From: an uncultured Candidatus Saccharibacteria bacterium
GTDB lineage: Bacteria > Patescibacteriota > Minisyncoccia > Phycocordibacterales > SBAW01
Assembly: GCA_964459335.1 (NCBI GenBank)
Contig: CAYWJX010000003.1
Span: 44-64,043, forward strand
Length of the DNA stretch: 64,000 nt
Direction of reading: 5' to 3'
The position numbers were made by a program, and so were the translations under genes. Of the stretch, positions 58,354 through 64,000 are shown piece after piece. A model generated the notes under the pieces. It worked only from the letters and a program-made list of their open reading frames with translations, ran no database searches and was not told the origin of the DNA. Each line of letters starts with the position of its first letter. Within the stretch, counting starts at the first letter, position 1.

Positions 58354-58830
58354 TTATTGGTCAAACTTTTGTATCCGGCGCACGTGGCGCTCCTCGCCGC
58401 CAAACGGCGCCTCAAGCCAGCGAATGACGGCGGCCTTGGCATCCTCTTGCGACAAAAAACGCGCGCCGAGGCATAGCACATTGGAGTCTTCATGCGCACG
58501 CGGCGACTCAAGTATGCCGAGGCTCTTGCCCGAGATGTCTGTTTGGGTTTTTGGCGCGGGGCCATAATAAAGGCTGGCACGCACGCCGAGCGCGCGGTTG
58601 GCAACCATCGCCTCGCCTTGGCCAGAGGCGCCGATGGCAATGCCAAACGCGGTTTTGTCGTCTTCGATGGCGCGCACCAGGCGGCCGATGGTGTCAGGAT
58701 AATCGTCATCTTTATCGTAAATTGCGGGGCCAAGGTCGCTCACATCGTACCCATGCTCATTTAAAAAAGGAACGAGTGCCTCCTTAAGCTCGAAACCTGC
58801 ATGGTCGGATGCCAAAAAAACTTTTTTCAT
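58354..58830 (-). CDS. rpiB: Ribose-5-phosphate isomerase B
   Basis: MKKVFLASDHAGFELKE..., GIAIGASGQG and the LacAB_rpiB length. Confidence 0.88.
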   Translation of the reverse strand: MKKVFLASDHAGFELKEALVPFLNEHGYDVSDLGPAIYDKDDDYPDTIGRLVRAIEDDKTAFGIAIGASGQGEAMVANRALGVRASLYYGPAPKTQTDISGKSLGILESPRAHEDSNVLCLGARFLSQEDAKAAVIRWLEAPFGGEERHVRRIQKFDQ

Positions 58831-59855
58831 AAATATTTGCTTGCTTCTTTAACGTGGGCGAGGAGCGTGTGCGTGTATCCCATTTCGTTGTCGTACCACG
58901 CAAGCACTTTAACCAAGTTGCCGTCAACTACGCGCGTAAGCCCCAGGTCGGCAATAGAGCCGAAGGTGGAGCCGATGATGTCGCTCGAAACCAAGGGCTC
59001 GTCGGTTACCGCAAACACACCTTGCCACTCGGGGGTAGCGGCAGCCTCTGAAAGAAGTTTATTGACCTCTTCGCGCGTGGTGTTTCGCTTGGCGATAAAC
59101 GTGACGTCGACAATCGAGCCCGCAGGCACCGGCACGCGCAAGCTAATGCCGTCAAATTTGCCTTTGAGATTCTCGTACGCTTGTGTAACCGCAATGGCCG
59201 CGCCGGTCGCGGTGGGCACAATATTTTGCGCGGCAGCTCTACCCTCTTTGACATCTTTTTTAGACGGACCATCAACCAACGACTGGCTCGCCGTGTAGCC
59301 GTGCGTCGTTGAGAGAATCGCTTTTTCTATCCCGATTGCCTTGTCCAATATTGCAATGAGCGGGCTCGCGGCGTTGGTGGTGCATGATGCATTGGATGAG
59401 AGCGCCGAATCTTTGAGCTTTTCTTGATTGACACCCATTAAAACCGTCACACCATTGACCGTAACTCCTGCCTCATCGGCCCCGTCTTTAGCCGGAGCGG
59501 AGATAACCACGCGCTTGGCGCCGGCTGTGATGTGTGCCTCGGCTTTGGCAAAGTCGGTAAAGAGGCCGGTTGACTCCACCACGACATCAACCTCCAAATC
59601 CTTCCATGGCAACTTAGCCGGGTCTTTTTCCTGCAAAAACTTGGCGCGATTTTTGCCTATCTGTAAAAATCCATCCTCTGCCCCAACCTCAAACGGGGCT
59701 TGGCGATACACCGTGTCGTATTTTAAAAGATAGGCGAGCGTCTTAATGTCGCCCAAATCGTTTACGGCCACTATCTCAATGCTCGGCTCGTTGGCTGCCG
59801 CCCGTGCAAAACACCTCCCGATGCGGCCAAAGCCGTTGATTGCAACTCGTATCAT
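58827..59855 (-). CDS. gap: Glyceraldehyde-3-phosphate dehydrogenase
   Basis: Motifs IRVAINGFGRIGR, SNASCTTN and WYDNEMGY. The start is at 59855. Confidence 0.92.
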   Translation of the reverse strand: MIRVAINGFGRIGRCFARAAANEPSIEIVAVNDLGDIKTLAYLLKYDTVYRQAPFEVGAEDGFLQIGKNRAKFLQEKDPAKLPWKDLEVDVVVESTGLFTDFAKAEAHITAGAKRVVISAPAKDGADEAGVTVNGVTVLMGVNQEKLKDSALSSNASCTTNAASPLIAILDKAIGIEKAILSTTHGYTASQSLVDGPSKKDVKEGRAAAQNIVPTATGAAIAVTQAYENLKGKFDGISLRVPVPAGSIVDVTFIAKRNTTREEVNKLLSEAAATPEWQGVFAVTDEPLVSSDIIGSTFGSIADLGLTRVVDGNLVKVLAWYDNEMGYTHTLLAHVKEASKYL

Positions 59856-59906
59856 ATGCGCTCTATTATATAGCACCCTAGGCACCATCTCCTACCTCTT
59901 ATAATT

Positions 59907-59927
59907 CCGTGAGGTTTAGCCTCACGG
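59907..59927 (+). repeat. RAYT-2 hairpin, copy 1
   Basis: CCGTGAGGTTTAGCCTCACGG followed by AAGTG. Confidence 0.85.
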
Positions 59928-59933
59928 AAGTGT

Positions 59934-60584
59934 TTACTGTTGGGTTGAAAGCCAAAAATCGATATGGTCATCCACTTCATGTGCCTGCAAAAAATAATTA
60001 GGAAACTTCGTAGGGTTGGTTATAATGTGTTTTTTTGAAAGATATTCTCCAATGCTTGAGTAAGGATATTCGCGTATGAATGTACGCAGTGCTTTGAAGT
60101 CCGCACGGCCACACTGCTTCCACGACGGGTTGGCAAGTTTTGCGGGATTAAGATGAATATATGAAAAAAGATATTTTACATACTTGTCATGGTCGGCATG
60201 CTCGGCCTTAAATGTCCCTTGAAAGAGTGCCCCACTGCGGCGATGTTTTTCGTTAAAAAACATCGTATACGCGGTTTGAACTCTTTGCATATATTTTGAA
60301 ATGCCACCCTTAACAAGCGGAGTTGCAAACAAATGGATATGATTTGGCATGAGGCAATATGCACCTACAGCAACGAGTGGGTCTCCTCTTTCTACTGAAA
60401 AAATTGCGTTTCCTGTGTGCTCATCAAGAAGGTCTGCTGGGCGGATATTTTTTTGAGTATTGAGCAAATATAAATACGCAATAAATCGGCGGTATTCGGA
60501 AGACTCGGTAAAGACAACTCGCTTATCAACTCCGCGATTATACAGATGATAATATTCCCCCTCAACAAAGGTAATGCGTCTCAT
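59934..60584 (-). CDS. RAYT-like / IS200-family Y1 HUH transposase (paralogue of 27967-28608)
   Basis: YHLYNRGVDKR, HUH motif CLMPNHIHLFA, RSGALFQGTFK and SYIHLNPAK. The start MRRITFVEG at 60584 was chosen; the ORF extends to 60635 through a hairpin. Confidence 0.8.
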   Translation of the reverse strand: MRRITFVEGEYYHLYNRGVDKRVVFTESSEYRRFIAYLYLLNTQKNIRPADLLDEHTGNAIFSVERGDPLVAVGAYCLMPNHIHLFATPLVKGGISKYMQRVQTAYTMFFNEKHRRSGALFQGTFKAEHADHDKYVKYLFSYIHLNPAKLANPSWKQCGRADFKALRTFIREYPYSSIGEYLSKKHIITNPTKFPNYFLQAHEVDDHIDFWLSTQQ

Positions 60585-60603
60585 ATGGCTGTTATACCAT
60601 ACA

Positions 60604-60622
60604 CCGTGAGGTTTAGCCTCAC
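60604..60622 (+). repeat. RAYT-2 hairpin, copy 2 (imperfect)
   Basis: CCGTGAGGTTTAGCCTCAC(A). Confidence 0.8.
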
Positions 60623-60642
60623 AGTTGGACGTCAAAGGTATA

Positions 60643-60663
60643 TCGTGAGGTTTAGCCTCACGG
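60643..60663 (+). repeat. RAYT-2 hairpin, copy 3
   Basis: TCGTGAGGTTTAGCCTCACGG followed by AAGTG. Confidence 0.85.
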
Positions 60664-60693
60664 AAGTGCTTTATGGGGTTATTTGCCGAGGTT

Positions 60694-63021
60694 TTACTTG
60701 CCGAGGTTGTAGAGCTGTTTGACCTCGGCCGCCGAGAGTGCTCTATTATATATGCGCACGTCGTCTTCGGAGCCGTTAAAATAACGACTCAAACCAGCAT
60801 CGCGCCCTATATTGAGCTCGTTGGTATCAGAGGTCGTGAGCGACCCTCCGGGCTGAGCCGTACTACATTGAACTCCGTTGATATACGCTGTTAGATTTGT
60901 GCCATCCCACGTCATCGTATACAGATTCCAATTCGTAATGCTGCCACTTGGCGTGCATGAAACTGTCTGCCAGGTCGTTGTGTAAATATAAAAATTTACT
61001 GATGTCGCACCTTGGTTTGGATGGATAATGTACACATTCCGCTTACTCACCAAAAAGCCGTAATCATTCCACGTGCTAGGAACACTTTTTGCCCAAGTTG
61101 AAACAGTGAGATTTACTGGATTCAGCGAACTACTGTTTGGAACTCTGACATATGAAGAAGATCCGTTGAATTTCAGTGCTTGGCCGAGTTTGCCTATGGT
61201 GGGAGAAGTGGTGGTGGACATATTAATGAGCTGGCCATTATTGCCTTGGCCGGAGGAATCTTGGGTGATGCCGGTAGCCCAATTGGTTTTGCTCCCGTCA
61301 AAGGTCCACAGCCCGACGAGGCCGCTGGAGAGCGAGGAGTTGCTTTGGAGATTGGTAGAGGAAGTGTTGACGTGCGTTCCGGTACCTGCGTTGTAGAGAT
61401 TTTTAACCTCGGATGCTGAAAACGCTCTACTATATATACGCACGTCGTCGATTTTTCCTAAACCGGGACCGCCGCAACAGCTATTGCCGATCTCATTGAC
61501 ATAACTCGTGTAGTATCCGCACGTGTATGCCGGCCCCGCATCCAAGGCGCCATTGACATAGATCGATTGATACTGATTTGAACCCATTACATAGGTGACA
61601 AAATACCACTTGCCGGGATTAATGGTCGTCGTCCCGCCAAGGTCGCATCCATAATTTCCAAAATACACCACTGAGGAGCGAACAATGTAGTGCGCGTTTG
61701 CATTGCCTCCTCCTGCACCGCCACCGACAACGTTAAAATCACCCGTATCTTTTTTGTAGATCCAGGCCGAGACGGTATACGGCGTACTCGCGAGCGAGAT
61801 GTTGGGAAACGTGATGTAAGTGCTTGCGCTTGCAAAGTTTAACGCTTGACCTATCTTCCCTACCACCGCGGCGGTCGCTCGGGTAAAACCATTTAGTGTC
61901 CCGGTGTTGTTGTTGCCGCTTTTGTCCGCTTCGGTGCCGGCGGTGGCACTGCTCCACACCGTGTCGGCGCCGTCCATCGTCCACCAGCCAACGAGGCTGC
62001 TCGACAACGTGCCGGGGCTTTGCGAAGCATTGATCTTAGCCGCGCCGGCTTGATACAGCGCCGCGATCTCTGTCGCGCCGAGCGCTCTACTATATATACG
62101 TACATCATCTAGACTGCCTACGAACGCCGTACAGCATACGGGTTTTCCTATGGCGCCCGGCGTATCGTTCATGCCGCTAAATGAACCACCGATAGCGACT
62201 GTTCCCACTTGTAAACCATCTATATAACATCTAAACACAAGATTTGTTCTATCAAATACGCCACTGACCAGATGCCACCGGCCGTCATTAGCCGTAGCAG
62301 TGCCGCACGTGTTTTCGGTATATCCAGAAGCATTTCCTATCAAAAATGCAACCATCCCTGCCCCAAGCCCAAAACGGTATCCATTACCGCCACCCGCATT
62401 CCCGATGGTGTACATTTGTCCGTTTGTCGACGTCGTTTTAATCCATTCGCTAAAAGTAAAGCTGTTGTTTGAGATGCCCAGCGGCGATGCCATTTGCACA
62501 TAGTTGCTCCCGGTAAAGTTGAGCGCGTTGCCGAGCTTGCCGCTCGTCCATGTTGGCAATGTTGAGCCACTAAGCGTGCCGTTATTACCGTGGCCCGAGA
62601 AATCGTGCGCGATCGTGCTCGTGCCTTCGTTGAAGCTCCAGTAGCCGACGAGGCCGAGATTGTTGGCAGGCGCCGTGATGGCTGAGGCATGGGCAAAAGC
62701 CGGCAGGAGGAAGAAGCAGAGGAAGAATGTGGCGACCAAGAAGGGCACTGTTATTTTTGCTTTATTAAAAAGCGTTTGGTAGGATGCCCCGCAGGCCGTG
62801 GCATGGTGCAAGATGGAGCCTGACATCTCATGTCTTGAGGGTTCGAGCCCCTCCGCGGCCTTATGCACAGAGTCGTTTTGACGGCTTGACACCAAAAGTC
62901 GGTTTGCTATACTCATTGATGTGTCAGGCTCTGTCTTGCAGTCTTGGACTGCTCGAGATGTGAGTGGAGCGCCGCTCGCGAGGGCGGCGTTTTCCGTTTT
63001 ATATCGTAAAAGGTGTTTCAT
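60694..63021 (-). CDS. Large secreted protein with three LamG/concanavalin-A-like lectin repeats
   Basis: The motif DDVRIY(S/N)RA(L/F)(G/S)A(T/S/A)E(I/V)xxLY(Q/N)xG occurs three times at about 220-aa spacing, and a signal-like segment VPFLVATFFLCFFLLPAFAHA is present. The coordinates give the maximal ORF. The first about 91 codons overlap plus-strand RNA-like signals, so an internal start (ATG 62826 or GTG 62748) is plausible. Confidence 0.75.
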   Translation of the reverse strand: MKHLLRYKTENAALASGAPLTSRAVQDCKTEPDTSMSIANRLLVSSRQNDSVHKAAEGLEPSRHEMSGSILHHATACGASYQTLFNKAKITVPFLVATFFLCFFLLPAFAHASAITAPANNLGLVGYWSFNEGTSTIAHDFSGHGNNGTLSGSTLPTWTSGKLGNALNFTGSNYVQMASPLGISNNSFTFSEWIKTTSTNGQMYTIGNAGGGNGYRFGLGAGMVAFLIGNASGYTENTCGTATANDGRWHLVSGVFDRTNLVFRCYIDGLQVGTVAIGGSFSGMNDTPGAIGKPVCCTAFVGSLDDVRIYSRALGATEIAALYQAGAAKINASQSPGTLSSSLVGWWTMDGADTVWSSATAGTEADKSGNNNTGTLNGFTRATAAVVGKIGQALNFASASTYITFPNISLASTPYTVSAWIYKKDTGDFNVVGGGAGGGNANAHYIVRSSVVYFGNYGCDLGGTTTINPGKWYFVTYVMGSNQYQSIYVNGALDAGPAYTCGYYTSYVNEIGNSCCGGPGLGKIDDVRIYSRAFSASEVKNLYNAGTGTHVNTSSTNLQSNSSLSSGLVGLWTFDGSKTNWATGITQDSSGQGNNGQLINMSTTTSPTIGKLGQALKFNGSSSYVRVPNSSSLNPVNLTVSTWAKSVPSTWNDYGFLVSKRNVYIIHPNQGATSVNFYIYTTTWQTVSCTPSGSITNWNLYTMTWDGTNLTAYINGVQCSTAQPGGSLTTSDTNELNIGRDAGLSRYFNGSEDDVRIYNRALSAAEVKQLYNLGK
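62794..62861 (+). other. tRNA-like element (probable tRNA remnant/pseudogene)
   Basis: A 7-bp acceptor pairing GGCCGTG/CGCGGCC and a canonical T-arm GAGGG-TTCGAGC-CCCTC. It has no proper D-arm and an 8-nt loop (AGATG-GAGCCTGA-CATCT) in place of the anticodon loop. It is 68 nt long. Confidence 0.5.
62886..62913 (+). promoter_or_regulatory. Near-consensus sigma-70-type promoter on the plus strand
   Basis: TTGACA-16 nt-TATACT, the same architecture as the rpoBC promoter candidate. Confidence 0.5.
62920..63000 (+). ncRNA. Candidate small RNA (about 80 nt) between the promoter and the terminator
   Basis: It is bounded by the promoter at 62886-62913 and the terminator at 62970-63000. Its 5' part (62918-62940) is an imperfect inverted repeat of 62807-62827 inside the tRNA-like element. 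Confidence 0.3.
62970..63000 (+). terminator. Rho-independent terminator (plus strand)
   Basis: CGCCGC-TCGCGAGG-GCGGCG followed by TTTTCCGTTTT. Confidence 0.6.
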
Positions 63022-63022
63022 A

Positions 63023-64000
63023 TTAATTTCCGCTTGGGGTTGATGTTGCCGCGTTCGGGTCTACCACAATAACCGTGCGCGTTGCGCTACCGGTCAAGCC
63101 GTTTTGGTCGGTTGCACTATATATAATAGTATGCGTCCCGGCAGTGCTTGTATTGATGACAATCTGGCTCGGGGTTGTTGTCGCTCCCCCATCGACCGAT
63201 ACACTAATGCCGAGATTGAGGTCGCTCGCGGGGCCGGTGATAGTTGCGCCCAAATCGGCGTAGGTGTCACCCACATTGATGGTTGCTGGGTTGTCGCCGT
63301 TGAGTGAGATTGTCGGCGGTACCGGCGGAGTGGAGGTTGCGACAGTTGAGGATGCACTTCCTGAACTTCCCGAGGAGGCACCTCCGCCTCCGGCCGAGGA
63401 ACCACCTCCGGAAGTTCCTCCGTTTAACAAATTTTGCAATTGTTGCTCGGTGACGCACGTAGTGCCGACACAAAGTTTTTGCGAAGCGTTTACTACGTCG
63501 GCATTAACCGTGGTTGCGGTAAGCGTCTGCGTCACGAGGCTGTCAAAGATGCCTGCGCTCGCGTGCACCGCGAGGCCAAGCTCCCGCACGCCGCTTTGCG
63601 CAACGCCAGTGATTGCATTAAGAGTTGCGGTAATCGCGTTTTGAAGCGCCGCGGTTGCCGAGGCAAACGGTCCGGCAACCAACTGCGCCGGGGTTGAGGT
63701 GGCACTGCTCGATGCAATCGCGGCATTTACATTTTGACCATTAACATACAACACGCCGTTGATGGAGACACTCGGTGTCGAGGATGCCGGCGCCGAAATC
63801 GAGATAATCGGGACCGTGCCGGTGGCGCTTGAGGTGGCAATGGTCCAGACATTACTGCCGCTCACGACGGTGGTGGTTGCCGCGCCCGCAAAATTAACGG
63901 TGCCGGCGTTTATGGTGACGGTTGAGGTTGCGCCGGTGCCTACCGTGACCGCGCCGTTGCTGATAGTTATCTGTGGAGCAGTCGCGCTCGATGAGGCTAT
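63023..64000 (-). CDS. Large surface protein, C-terminal part, with a DUF5011/Ig-like domain; the 5' end lies outside the window
   Basis: The frame is open from the window edge (no stop in 63866-64000). The sequence is Ser/Thr/Ala/Gly-rich. The C-terminal domain PPTISLNGDNPATINVGDTYADLGATITG...GTHTIIYSATDQNGLTGSATRTVIVVD matches the DUF5011 pattern. Confidence 0.75.
   Translation of the reverse strand: MASSSATAPQITISNGAVTVGTGATSTVTINAGTVNFAGAATTTVVSGSNVWTIATSSATGTVPIISISAPASSTPSVSINGVLYVNGQNVNAAIASSSATSTPAQLVAGPFASATAALQNAITATLNAITGVAQSGVRELGLAVHASAGIFDSLVTQTLTATTVNADVVNASQKLCVGTTCVTEQQLQNLLNGGTSGGGSSAGGGGASSGSSGSASSTVATSTPPVPPTISLNGDNPATINVGDTYADLGATITGPASDLNLGISVSVDGGATTTPSQIVINTSTAGTHTIIYSATDQNGLTGSATRTVIVVDPNAATSTPSGN

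Larger units (their letters stand above)
59907..60663 (-). mobile_element. Second IS200/RAYT-like unit with its own hairpin family
   Basis: Hairpins (C/T)CGTGAGG-TTTAG-CCTCAC(G/A)G lie at 59907-59927 (after the stop), 60604-60622 and 60643-60663 (before the start). The outer two are followed by the same AAGTG. Confidence 0.7.

Noticed and set aside
57647-58567. 306-aa plus-strand ORF
   Set aside because: It is antisense to rpe and rpiB. It is a shadow ORF.
62794-62861. Functional tRNA gene
   Set aside because: The acceptor stem and T-arm are good, but there is no D-arm, the loop has 8 nt and lacks U33, and the total length is 68 nt. It is reported only as a tRNA-like remnant.

Overview
The window is a gene-dense, mostly minus-strand fragment that looks like a reduced genome of the Patescibacteria/CPR type; this lineage call is an inference from gene content, not a search result. 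The evidence is the short forms of SMC, EF-Ts and ThrRS, a split transketolase, a compact sugar-phosphate block (fba, PfkB kinase, tkt, rpe, rpiB, gap), and many Asn/Tyr/Gln-rich envelope proteins. TGA is used as a stop codon. I found no rRNA and no CRISPR array.

Housekeeping genes recognised from motifs:
- Replication, transcription and RNA processing: nrd (3' fragment), dnaG, rpoD, a single fused rpoB-rpoC ORF, rnr, smc, rnc, nusB (fused to a NUDIX domain), rnhB, dnaE, gyrB.
- Translation: truB, hisS, trmD, rpsP, rpmF, thrS, pheS, tRNA-Thr, tsf, rpsB, prfA, rpmE, rplY.
- Metabolism: fba, gmk, tkt (two genes), rpe, rpiB, gap.

Main points of interest:
1. Several families of short palindromic/hairpin repeats occur, and some copies sit in frame inside essential genes without breaking the ORF (rpoD twice, rnr, gyrB twice, smc, trmD).
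2. Two diverged IS200/RAYT-like HUH-tyrosine transposase genes are each flanked by their own private hairpin repeat.
3. An envelope island at 33.7-40.4 kb holds a sortase, two paralogous low-complexity proteins sharing a conserved VPYTGLDLGFWGT-plus-TM C-terminal module, and tandem cassettes that share promoter, C-terminal NAWC motif and terminator.
4. A 33-bp duplication of the nrd 3' end brackets an ABC-exporter cassette.
5. On the plus strand, between two large minus-strand surface-protein genes, lie a tRNA-like element, a near-consensus promoter and a terminator.
6. Two structured regions about 320-360 nt long are candidate ncRNA loci of unknown identity.

Small elements were located by eye, so their coordinates may be off by 1-2 nt.
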